A stretch of DNA of 64,000 bases, from positions 1-64,000 of IMG/VR virus record IMGVR_UViG_3300021962_008382; one strand, given 5' to 3'. Below, one piece after another: positions 1 to 8,470 of the stretch. Positions within the stretch are counted from its first letter, which is position 1, and every line of letters starts with the position of its first letter. This DNA is from a virus. The notes beneath the pieces were generated by a model. That model searched no databases and had not been told where the DNA came from. It worked only from the letters and a program-made list of their open reading frames with translations. The position numbers were made by a program, and so were the translations under genes.

Positions 1-2019
1 AACAATCTCCATACCCAGAACTTTGAGTTTAGGAGGATCGTATACCACCCCTTCAGCATTGTGTACGGTCAGGGCATATCTTTTCTTAGCAATCCATACA
101 CCCCTCTCGGCAATAACTTCCCGCTTGAACTTAATCTTACTCTGCAGAGTATTTAAGTAACTTGAAAATTCTTCGCATGTCTTACTGATAGCAGGTTCGA
201 TAACTTTCGTACAATATTTGTCGAGTACATCTACAGTTTCTTTTGTCGTCTTGTTAGGTATAACAGACTTAACTATCTCATTAAGAGTAACATAAGTCGA
301 ATCCGTATCGGAATAGAACGAGAAGTCTTTATCTGGAACTTTACCTGTAGACTTTGCTACCTCATTAGTAATGAGCTGATTAAGTTGCTTTGCTACAGAT
401 CGAATAATTAGCTGACCGGTCATTGTAATACCTTCAGCTATCCTGATATCATAGTACCGAAAGAAGATATTACCCATTGCACCGTATAGTGAGTTCATTA
501 AGATCTTTGCAGCCATCTGCTTCGAGTTCAAACTTGATATCTCACCCAGGTATTTCTTGTCTTTAGTCTTTTCGTAACTCGTCTGAGCCTCTAACATGGC
601 CTTTTTAGCTTTCTGCCTTCCTGCAAAATAAAATTCAACCAGCTCGGGGAAGATACCTAATCTATCTTTTCTAAAGCACTGACCGTTTGCAGTCATAGTG
701 ATTTGATCTTGATGCAGAGAGCTTGTATCGAACTCCCGATCAATAAGTTTCTGAATAGACTTATCGTCATCTGCAAGATACTTTTGACCATCAATCAAAG
801 TTTCCGGCGACATATTAAACGACATAATGATAGAAGGATACAGCGACGTGGCGTCAAACGAAACCACCCAGTCGTACTGACCAGGGACAGGCTCTTTTAC
901 ATATGCACCCATTATCTGTCGATCTCGTTCTGGGTCTACGTTAGGAGGGTTATGTACAATAATGTTACGCTTAAGCAGAGCGTTATATAATATACAGTCC
1001 CAGGTTCTTACAGAAGAGTAAATATCGGTGTAATTACATTTTGCATCGTATGCCATAGTAAGAATAAGATTGATAAGCTTCATCTTATCTTCTAGTTCGT
1101 CTACCAGCTCAACGTCGACGATATTATAATCTACAAACAGGTTCCAGTCTTTTGTATAAAATTCTTTAAATGATGTATACGGGTGTTTAACCTTCTCCTT
1201 GCCTAGCTCTTCTTTAGCAATGCTATCCAGTTTATAACTTTCTTGCATCTTAAAAGAAAACTTCTTATAGAGATCCATATAATCTAGAATACTGATACCC
1301 GTCCAGTTATACGCTATCTGAGTTCTACCTCTTGCAAACTCAACCTCGCTGTTGAGTACCACCCCATGAGGAGATAAGTCTTGCAGCGCCTTCTCCCCCA
1401 GAACGCGACGTATCCTGGAAGAGAGATATGCAACGTCAAACAACTGTACATTCCAGCCTGTAATTACATCGGGGTAACCACCATCTCTAAAGCTGTCGAT
1501 AAAACGGCGTAGAAGATCCATTTCATCTTTGCATTGTACATAGGTGCAGTAATCTTTCTTAGAGAGGAAAGGTTTGCAACCATAAGTTGTTATCTTCTTA
1601 GTATTGAAGTCTCTAACAGTGATAAGCAGTACTTCTTCTTGAGCTTCTCTTGTGTCCGGAAAACCATAATCAACAGTAGTCTCAATATCCACCGTTATTA
1701 TTTTCAGCAGAGACATATCAAAGGTTATAGTCTCTGGAAAGAGTTTACTTATGAATTGATAACCGTAGTTGGTATTCCCGTAGATAGGGAAGTTAGATAC
1801 TTCTTTATACTTACTGACGAAATCTCTAGCTTCTTGAATCGATGAGAATTTTATACTATCGAGATTCTCACCAAACAGAGATTTATACTTAGTTTCTTTT
1901 TTCGAGCGAACAAAGAGAGTAGGCTGAAAGTCTATTTTTTGACTTACACGCTTACCGTCTTTAAACCCTCGAAAATAAACTGCATTACCGCGTGCAAATA
2001 CATTCGTATAAAAAAACAT
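1..2019 (-). CDS. 43: T4-like family B DNA polymerase (gp43), 3' end outside window
   Basis: Manual translation from ATG at 2019: MFFYTNVFARGNAVYFRGFKDGKRV..., exonuclease VDIET, polymerase motif SFDATSLYPSII, and KILMNSLYGAMGN..FRYYD; absent from the ORF track, presumably because it runs off the edge. Confidence 0.97.
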   Translation of the reverse strand, partial: MFFYTNVFARGNAVYFRGFKDGKRVSQKIDFQPTLFVRSKKETKYKSLFGENLDSIKFSSIQEARDFVSKYKEVSNFPIYGNTNYGYQFISKLFPETITFDMSLLKIITVDIETTVDYGFPDTREAQEEVLLITVRDFNTKKITTYGCKPFLSKKDYCTYVQCKDEMDLLRRFIDSFRDGGYPDVITGWNVQLFDVAYLSSRIRRVLGEKALQDLSPHGVVLNSEVEFARGRTQIAYNWTGISILDYMDLYKKFSFKMQESYKLDSIAKEELGKEKVKHPYTSFKEFYTKDWNLFVDYNIVDVELVDELEDKMKLINLILTMAYDAKCNYTDIYSSVRTWDCILYNALLKRNIIVHNPPNVDPERDRQIMGAYVKEPVPGQYDWVVSFDATSLYPSIIMSFNMSPETLIDGQKYLADDDKSIQKLIDREFDTSSLHQDQITMTANGQCFRKDRLGIFPELVEFYFAGRQKAKKAMLEAQTSYEKTKDKKYLGEISSLNSKQMAAKILMNSLYGAMGNIFFRYYDIRIAEGITMTGQLIIRSVAKQLNQLITNEVAKSTGKVPDKDFSFYSDTDSTYVTLNEIVKSVIPNKTTKETVDVLDKYCTKVIEPAISKTCEEFSSYLNTLQSKIKFKREVIAERGVWIAKKRYALTVHNAEGVVYDPPKLKVLGMEIV

Positions 2020-2739
2020 TTACTCAACCTGATTTAACCACGGATACTTACCACTGTACTGCTTCCAGGTATGCTTGTTGCCTTCGAGGAAAAACTCCGG
2101 TTTGACAGAACCTTCATTACCTCCGAGTCTGTATTGTAGAGTATACTTACCTGTACAGCCATAGTTTTTATGCTGAATTTGATCTTTAACTACCGTATAA
2201 AAACGACGATCAGCTCCCCACCCGAAGTCCCAGATATGACCAACCATTCGTAGAAACGGTTTAGTAAAACAATATGAGCTAGTATCAATTAAATACTGAT
2301 CGGATTTAACCCAAACCGGCCATCTACCAAGGGACTCACAGTTATCTTCACAGATAAAGTTACCGTCTTTATCGTTAATAGTTCTCAGCGAGTGAGCCCA
2401 GTCGTATTTAAATCTCTTGATAATATCAACCAAGCTTTCAACGTGATCAGGTGCAAAAGTATTATCTTGATCTAAGAATAAAATATAATCATGATTTACT
2501 AGATGACTAAACCCGGCCATGATTCGATGACCATAAAATCCACCCCCACCTGTATTAAAGGGTAGATAACATACTTGAACGTCTGTACCTTCTACTATGC
2601 AGTTAGTCTGTTCTCTGAATTTTTCCCCGTCGCAAACCACTAGATGATCGACATGTACAGTTTGATTTTGTACCGAGCGGATAGCATCCATGAGTACATC
2701 GGCACCCGTGGTAGGGGTGATAACTAATATATCACTCAT
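2020..2739 (-). CDS. Glycosyltransferase family 2
   Basis: VITPT...SVQNQT..HLVVCDG, YILFLDQDN (DxD) GT-A motifs. Confidence 0.85.
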   Translation of the reverse strand: MSDILVITPTTGADVLMDAIRSVQNQTVHVDHLVVCDGEKFREQTNCIVEGTDVQVCYLPFNTGGGGFYGHRIMAGFSHLVNHDYILFLDQDNTFAPDHVESLVDIIKRFKYDWAHSLRTINDKDGNFICEDNCESLGRWPVWVKSDQYLIDTSSYCFTKPFLRMVGHIWDFGWGADRRFYTVVKDQIQHKNYGCTGKYTLQYRLGGNEGSVKPEFFLEGNKHTWKQYSGKYPWLNQVE

Positions 2740-3008
2740 TCTGCACCTACTTTTTTCAGAGCATCTTTACGAATAAGAAGCTGACGATTAGGAAGCTCTT
2801 CTTTAAATACCTTTACATATTCCACACCATCTATAGAGGTAATATCGAAATAATTTTCACACATCCAGACTTCCTGGTCTAGAACATTTTTGTATTTACC
2901 ACCGCTCTTTGAAGTAAAGATTTTATCCCAGTTATTAGAAAACTGCTTTCTAGTTACTGAAAGAGGTCTTTGCTTTGACCCTTTCCCTGCTTCTCTGCTC
3001 TTTGACAT
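2736..3008 (-). CDS. Hypothetical protein
   Basis: ORF coupled by overlaps to both neighbours. Confidence 0.6.
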   Translation of the reverse strand: MSKSREAGKGSKQRPLSVTRKQFSNNWDKIFTSKSGGKYKNVLDQEVWMCENYFDITSIDGVEYVKVFKEELPNRQLLIRKDALKKVGAE

Positions 3009-3286
3009 TAGATTATTAACCCTGATCCAAACACTTTTTGATATTGATTATAAAGTTCATCTATTGGTTTACCTTGCCATACTACATGCGCGCGACCCAA
3101 TTCAATAGCATGATTCTCAGTATACGGCGCATAAGGTACGAGCCCCAACATAGGTCTTTCAGGATCTGCTCGGGAAGGAACCAGCTGTATATAACAAGGT
3201 CGTTTGATACGCAGGGTATCATTCACCTCGGTTAAGTCACCAATAACTTCTTCACCTGTAATAAGCTTAAGAATTTGAACAGACAT
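3008..3286 (-). CDS. Conserved T4-like phage small protein (possibly Sm-like fold)
   Basis: KLITGEEVIG N-terminus and YQKVFGSGLII C-terminus resemble the family often found near gp43/Hsp20. Confidence 0.65.
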   Translation of the reverse strand: MSVQILKLITGEEVIGDLTEVNDTLRIKRPCYIQLVPSRADPERPMLGLVPYAPYTENHAIELGRAHVVWQGKPIDELYNQYQKVFGSGLII

Positions 3287-3310
3287 AATTTATCCTCGAA
3301 AAGGGACCTC

Positions 3311-3339
3311 ATTATAACATACAACTTTTTACTTATCAA
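3311..3339 (-). promoter_or_regulatory. sigma70-type promoter
   Basis: TTGATA-17 bp-TATAAT on the minus strand, upstream of the gp43 transcription unit. Confidence 0.7.
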
Positions 3340-3342
3340 CAG

Positions 3343-3365
3343 AAAGGGGCCCGAAGGCCCCTTTT
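3343..3365 (-). terminator. Rho-independent terminator after hsp20
   Basis: AAAGGGGCC-TTCG-GGCCCCTTT stem with a cUUCGg loop. Confidence 0.85.
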
Positions 3366-3366
3366 G

Positions 3367-3843
3367 CTACTCTTGCAGCAGCTGCGGTGTTTTGGGTGTA
3401 TCGTTATCGAGGATGGGTATCTTTCTTGGTTTTTTGTGTTCAGGATAAATCTTTTCTAGATTAACCCGTAGCATACCTCTGCTTAGCGATGTATCTTTTA
3501 CTACAGTAAAATCATCTAGCGTAAATACACGTTTAAATGTTCTTGCAGCTATGCCTTGATACAGGTATTCTTGCGATGATGGGTTAGAAGAACCAGATAT
3601 AGTTAGTTGATTGTCACGAACTTCAATTGAAAGGTCCTCTTTATCAAAACCAGCTACTGCCAGTTCAATTACATATTTAAACACATCTACTTTATAGATG
3701 TTATAAGGTGGGAAGTTACTAGAAGGGGTTTTAATGTCTGATGCTAGTTTATTAAACCGCTCAAACCATTCGTCAGATCCAATAAAAACTTTATTAAGAT
3801 CTTTGAACAAATCATTACCAAAAACGTCTTTTACGTAGGTCAT
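3367..3843 (-). CDS. hsp20: Small heat-shock protein Hsp20 (IbpA-like)
   Basis: NFPPYNI, IELAVAGF, YLYQGIAARTFKRVFTL, GML.V.L motifs. Confidence 0.95.
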   Translation of the reverse strand: MTYVKDVFGNDLFKDLNKVFIGSDEWFERFNKLASDIKTPSSNFPPYNIYKVDVFKYVIELAVAGFDKEDLSIEVRDNQLTISGSSNPSSQEYLYQGIAARTFKRVFTLDDFTVVKDTSLSRGMLRVNLEKIYPEHKKPRKIPILDNDTPKTPQLLQE

Positions 3844-3848
3844 ATAGT

Positions 3849-3915
3849 CTCCTTAATTAAGCGAGTTAAAGTTGTGATAGTACCAGCCCCTAAGGCGCCG
3901 GTACTATTATTTATA
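3849..3915 (-). promoter_or_regulatory. T4 late promoter plus structured leader with ROSE-like thermometer
   Basis: TATAAATA at 3908-3915, hairpin TAGTACCGGC..GCTGGTACTA, and CTCGCTT pairing with the SD AAGGAG with a bulged G. Confidence 0.65.
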
Positions 3916-3916
3916 A

Positions 3917-4153
3917 TCAACCGTTAGAAATAAATCCGTTCAGCTGGGAAGCTGTTTTCATTATTTCTGATGCAGCTGGAAACGCAGGTAGGTCTGGATA
4001 CGCTGGCTTTTTTTCATTGTGAGATGCAGCTAAATCAACCTGACTGTTCCACCCCTGTATAATTGTATCTCTTGAGGCAAAGTAATCTGCTTCATGTATC
4101 TCTTTAGCCATTCTCAAAAGATCGAGGCGGATCTCGTACGGTGTCTTACTCAT
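3917..4153 (-). CDS. Conserved hypothetical phage protein
   Basis: MSKTPYEIRLDLLRMAK; good RBS AAGGAG after a CA-rich leader. Confidence 0.75.
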   Translation of the reverse strand: MSKTPYEIRLDLLRMAKEIHEADYFASRDTIIQGWNSQVDLAASHNEKKPAYPDLPAFPAASEIMKTASQLNGFISNG

Positions 4154-4214
4154 AATTTTCTCCTTGTGTGTGTTTGTGTGTTATAGGTCTCCATCCTTGG
4201 AGAGGGTGTCCTAA

Positions 4215-4247
4215 ATGTGAATCAATTGATTCACATCTTTATTTATA
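4215..4247 (-). promoter_or_regulatory. T4 late promoter followed by a perfect 22-bp palindrome
   Basis: TATAAATA (4240-4247) and ATGTGAATCAATTGATTCACAT (4215-4236). Confidence 0.6.
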
Positions 4248-4249
4248 TA

Positions 4250-4678
4250 TCAATCACCTTTCTTCTTACCAATATTATACTTGGCTTGTAATGTCCATTC
4301 ATTTTTTTCTTTAAACGAAATGACTTTGATCTGAGAAAGAGGTGCCTGATCTGATAGAATATCCGGGTAGTTTACTTTAATAAGACCCCAGTCGGCTAGT
4401 AGCTTAGCAATAGAGTTTCTACGCTGTATATCATTCTCAGTGATATCTGTCGACTTACCATCTAATGCAAATAGTTCTTTAAAATGTACGATGTAGTACT
4501 TTCCCTGCTTATGAAGAATATGGCAGGACTGATAAAGTATCTTATCTTTTCTAGAAGCAACACCTATGCGAGTGAGCGTTTCACGTATCTTTAAAAAATC
4601 GTCCGGGTGAGAAATGGTGACTTCAAGCGGGGTATACCCCGGTAAGTCAATTTTGAAAAACTCAGACATTAAGGCCAC
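4250..4678 (-). CDS. regA: RegA translational repressor
   Basis: DDFLKIRETLTRIGVAS...LYQSCHILHKQGKYYIVHFKELFALDG signature. Confidence 0.97.
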   Translation of the reverse strand: MALMSEFFKIDLPGYTPLEVTISHPDDFLKIRETLTRIGVASRKDKILYQSCHILHKQGKYYIVHFKELFALDGKSTDITENDIQRRNSIAKLLADWGLIKVNYPDILSDQAPLSQIKVISFKEKNEWTLQAKYNIGKKKGD

Positions 4679-5114
4679 CTTTATCTATTCTTTTTCTTAT
4701 TATATCAAGTTGCTGATCAGATAAGATTGATAAAACTTGGCGGGCTTTTTCTGTACTATATCCATAATAGGATTTTACTATATCAAGCGCTTCAATTTTA
4801 TCAGACTTTATCCATTTATTAAACCGTTTTCTCGGTCTAATACTATTTATAAGAAAACGAAACTGTAACTCTTTTTCCAGATGCGGTCTTGAGTTCATTT
4901 CATTAGCGAATATAACTGTATCCGAACCGTATGATAGTCCTTTGTTTACAATATACGGAACATACTGTTTTTCGGTGCTTTCATCGACAATTAGATTATC
5001 TTTACTGAAATTAATTGCATTAATAAAATCGAACGGTGATAGGTTATTTGTACTAACTTTCTCAACGGGTTCTTCTGGTTTTATTACACCAAATATCTCG
5101 TTAATATTGATCAT
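4662..5114 (-). CDS. 62: Clamp loader small subunit gp62
   Basis: SPFDFINAIN, YVPYIVNKGLS, YYGYSTEKARQVL; synteny with gp44 and regA. Confidence 0.92.
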   Translation of the reverse strand: MININEIFGVIKPEEPVEKVSTNNLSPFDFINAINFSKDNLIVDESTEKQYVPYIVNKGLSYGSDTVIFANEMNSRPHLEKELQFRFLINSIRPRKRFNKWIKSDKIEALDIVKSYYGYSTEKARQVLSILSDQQLDIIRKRIDKGGLNV

Positions 5115-5383
5115 ATCATTCTCGAAAAACCAACGATATCAATCGTGACGAGCAAGAGGTAATTTGCGAGCATTCCAAAAGATCCCCGAGTATAAGCAGC
5201 CCAAGCATACATACTGCAACCGCTAATCCAAGCCGGATAAAGAGCCATAAGAGGTGGGTTAGGAACTGTAATAGCCATAACAAGACTACAGCCAATACTA
5301 AGAGACCAAGCCACGAACTCGATAATAAATCTAAGAGGGTATGCGTGGTAATCATCTTTTATCCATTGTATAGTGTCGTTCAT
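5111..5383 (-). CDS. Small membrane protein
   Basis: About three hydrophobic helices; overlaps both neighbours. Confidence 0.65.
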   Translation of the reverse strand: MNDTIQWIKDDYHAYPLRFIIEFVAWSLSIGCSLVMAITVPNPPLMALYPAWISGCSMYAWAAYTRGSFGMLANYLLLVTIDIVGFSRMI

Positions 5384-6312
5384 TTTACATTCGCTGTTGC
5401 CATTATTTCAGTTAAACATGCTACTAAATTAATCTCTTGATCAGCTACAAAAGCAGACTTATACTGATAATCTGCAATAGTCATAATAACGTGAGGTACT
5501 TGATCTGTCAGCGGTATGATAGTATCATATATCTTTCGAAAGAGTACTGGAGGATCATTATCTAGATTATTTACTACCCACGATCTCATTTTTTTCCAAT
5601 CTTTTGTCTTGAGAGCTTGAACAAGCTCATCCATACTTTCGTCAGACAAACTAACCAGTATACCTTCGTTTATACTGCCCGACTGAGAATACCTCTGAAG
5701 CTCGTTTAACGTTCTTCGGAAGTCTGGAAAGTATTTTTCAACTACCTTTGCGAGTACTTTTTGATCGAAGGTAACATCTTCAACCTGTAGAATTTTCTGT
5801 ACCTTATTAAAGAAAGAAAAAGCTATTCTCTGCTTTTCATTCTTAGGTATTTTAAACTCTACAACAGTACTTCTTGAATGAAGAGGTTGAATGATTCTAT
5901 TCTTGTAATTACAGGTAAATATAAATCTACAATTCTCTGCAAACTCTTCTATGAAGCCACGCAAGGCAGGTTGAGTAGAATTAGGATTAAGATAATCCGC
6001 CTCATCAAGTATAACAACCTTGGTATTACCCGTAAACGAAACCGTGGACGCGAACGATTTAATCTTCGTCCTCAGAACATCAATACCCGATTCTTCAGAA
6101 CCGTTAATTACAATATAATCTAGATTAAGTTCTTCACATATGGCTCGGGCAACAGTAGTCTTACCTGTACCAGCAGACCCGCAAAAGAGCATATTCTGAA
6201 TATCCCCTTTGCGTATAACATCGTTGAAGAACGTTCTTAGACTATCAGGTAGAATACATTGATCAACCGTCTTAGGTCTATACTTCTCACACCACAAAAA
6301 CATATCAGTCAT
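5380..6312 (-). CDS. 44: Clamp loader large subunit gp44
   Basis: LWCEKYRP, Walker A GSAGTGKTT, ILDEADYL, HSR sensor. Confidence 0.97.
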   Translation of the reverse strand: MTDMFLWCEKYRPKTVDQCILPDSLRTFFNDVIRKGDIQNMLFCGSAGTGKTTVARAICEELNLDYIVINGSEESGIDVLRTKIKSFASTVSFTGNTKVVILDEADYLNPNSTQPALRGFIEEFAENCRFIFTCNYKNRIIQPLHSRSTVVEFKIPKNEKQRIAFSFFNKVQKILQVEDVTFDQKVLAKVVEKYFPDFRRTLNELQRYSQSGSINEGILVSLSDESMDELVQALKTKDWKKMRSWVVNNLDNDPPVLFRKIYDTIIPLTDQVPHVIMTIADYQYKSAFVADQEINLVACLTEIMATANVK

Positions 6313-6328
6313 AATATAAGTCGCCTAA

Positions 6329-6997
6329 TTAAACTACAGATCCTGGCTCACACGCAATCCAATATTGAAGAGGTCGGGTTTCACTCTTGAAGTGAAGAAA
6401 TTTAGCCCTACCATTAGGGGTCTTTGCTACCGATACCTCATAAGCATCAGGTAGAACTTTTAGATTTTCTACAGCAATAAAGACATCGAAATTTTCAAAG
6501 GATGTGCCGATAATCTTTTTAAAACTGTTTGCTGTATCGTTCTTTCTATCGCTAACAGCAACTACAACACTCTGATTTTTATTAGTAACTGAGATAGTAG
6601 GCGAACCAGTTATAGCGGCCGCTTTCATTAGCGTCTGTATATCATCTGCAGTCAATTTAAAAGAATAGACCGTTACATGTTCAATCTCCCCGGACGGAGC
6701 ACCCTTCACTATATCTGGATTCGAGTAGTAATATTCGAACGTACCTTTATCACTCGAAACTTCTATGCTTTTATCTTTGAACTCAACCTTCTGATCTCCA
6801 AGGGTAAGTATTGCTAGTAACGAATTAAGATCGTAGATAGCAAATCGCATCGGAAGATCTTCTTTGATAGAAGCTTTAGCAAATATATTGTTACCGCTAG
6901 AGATAGTACTAATTACATCCCCGGGATTAAAAACTATGTTTGTATTGATAGAAGAAAAGTTCTTCAGAAGAGAAAGCGTATCACTAGTAAATTTCAT
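6329..6997 (-). CDS. 45: Sliding clamp gp45
   Basis: MKFTSDTLSLLKNFSSIN, FAIYDLN, YWIACE; synteny. Confidence 0.93.
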   Translation of the reverse strand: MKFTSDTLSLLKNFSSINTNIVFNPGDVISTISSGNNIFAKASIKEDLPMRFAIYDLNSLLAILTLGDQKVEFKDKSIEVSSDKGTFEYYYSNPDIVKGAPSGEIEHVTVYSFKLTADDIQTLMKAAAITGSPTISVTNKNQSVVVAVSDRKNDTANSFKKIIGTSFENFDVFIAVENLKVLPDAYEVSVAKTPNGRAKFLHFKSETRPLQYWIACEPGSVV

Positions 6998-7014
6998 AAT
7001 ATAGCCTCACATTG

Positions 7015-7749
7015 TTAGACGTATTGTATAAGCTTTCGTTCAACCTCTCCACTAAATTTGTCCGCGCAGTATTGTCTTTCTTTAGCATCCAAAGCTGATA
7101 AATCTGGTCTCTTGAAGGCAGAGTCGCTATGATCTCGGAAGCATACAAGATATTCTTTAATAAGAATCGGGTCACCGTAGTGATAATAGGACCGATAAAA
7201 GTATTCCCCGTCAACTATCCATAACAGATTTTCATCCATCTCTAGAGCGCTTTCTCTTCGAACGGTATAATTGGAAGGGTTACCTGTTGTATTATCCCCG
7301 TTAACATACTTATTACCATACCATGGCATTCTATGATTGTAATAGGTACTTTTGTTTTGGTCACAGCACATGAAACCGGAAATCAACCAATGCTGGTTCG
7401 GATTGTTCTCAAACGCTTTTGCGATCTTTTCCAGAGCAAGAAAGTCTACAAAGAAATCATCAACATATAGCAGTTTAATTATATCACCAGATGCATGCTT
7501 TAAAGCGTAGTTTACATTAGCAGCCGCGGTTTTCTTACTACCCGGGTTGCGGATATATTTAATACTAAGGACATGAGAGAAAGTATTGCAAATATTTTTA
7601 AGACTATCATCCTCACTCTGATCTGAAACTACCACTTCGAAGTTACTAAATGTCTGAAACATTAATAGGGAAAGATATTCGACGAGAAACTTCTCCCCCA
7701 AACCGTCTTTCATTTTGTAAACTGGACATATTATAGAAATTTTAGACAT
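7015..7749 (-). CDS. Glycosyltransferase family 2
   Basis: ISIICPVY, EVVVSDQS, IIKLLYVDD. Confidence 0.85.
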   Translation of the reverse strand: MSKISIICPVYKMKDGLGEKFLVEYLSLLMFQTFSNFEVVVSDQSEDDSLKNICNTFSHVLSIKYIRNPGSKKTAAANVNYALKHASGDIIKLLYVDDFFVDFLALEKIAKAFENNPNQHWLISGFMCCDQNKSTYYNHRMPWYGNKYVNGDNTTGNPSNYTVRRESALEMDENLLWIVDGEYFYRSYYHYGDPILIKEYLVCFRDHSDSAFKRPDLSALDAKERQYCADKFSGEVERKLIQYV

Positions 7750-8470
7750 ACTTCAATAACTCCGCGGAAAGATCTCTTGACTGAGGCATAAATTTATTCT
7801 GCCAGTCACTTGTTAATTTGTCGTGTGATGTGATATGCTCACCACCATATCCTCTAGCTTTATCAGATTCTGGTATGCGAGTTTGTATCTGTAGTTTTCT
7901 TTTAATTGTAAAGTCATTGAAAGGCGACCAACCATACCAAAGTATTTGCAGCTTATCGGTCATCCAATCGTTATAGTGTCTACCAAGTGGATAATTTTCA
8001 AATCTGTTGCAATGAGCTGTTCTACCTCTTCTTATCTTAGAACCGCCTTGTGAATAATATATGCCATGATATTTCTGTTCAATAAGAGATTTATCATAAG
8101 TAGGTAAATCATCAGGTTTGTTATCTACCATTACTGTACAGGGCATTGTAATACGTCTGTCACGCCAGATATCGAAAAGAGAATAATCACCGACTAAGAA
8201 TTCGGTTAAGTTAAGACATAGTTTCCACCCATCAATATTTTCTTCAATATCCTGAACTTCTTCATCTACTTTCTTAGCATCAAACACTGCGCCGTTTCTA
8301 GAATCTACAACTTCCCAATTTGGACATATATCTTTTATAATATCAACAGACCTATCAGTAGAAGCATAGTTTATTAATATACCGTGATCGAAAATTTTTT
8401 TATGGTGTTCCAGCCACCATGGGAGTAAATATTCTTCGTTATAAAATACTGCAGTAATAGTTTTACGCAT
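7742..8470 (-). CDS. Putative GT-A glycosyltransferase
   Basis: FYNEEYLLPWWLEHH..FDHGILINYASTDRS pattern of the GT2-like family. Confidence 0.75.
   Translation of the reverse strand: MRKTITAVFYNEEYLLPWWLEHHKKIFDHGILINYASTDRSVDIIKDICPNWEVVDSRNGAVFDAKKVDEEVQDIEENIDGWKLCLNLTEFLVGDYSLFDIWRDRRITMPCTVMVDNKPDDLPTYDKSLIEQKYHGIYYSQGGSKIRRGRTAHCNRFENYPLGRHYNDWMTDKLQILWYGWSPFNDFTIKRKLQIQTRIPESDKARGYGGEHITSHDKLTSDWQNKFMPQSRDLSAELLKYV

Noticed and set aside
703-1845. Plus-strand ORFs 703-990 and 1534-1845
   Set aside because: Antisense to the gp43 polymerase
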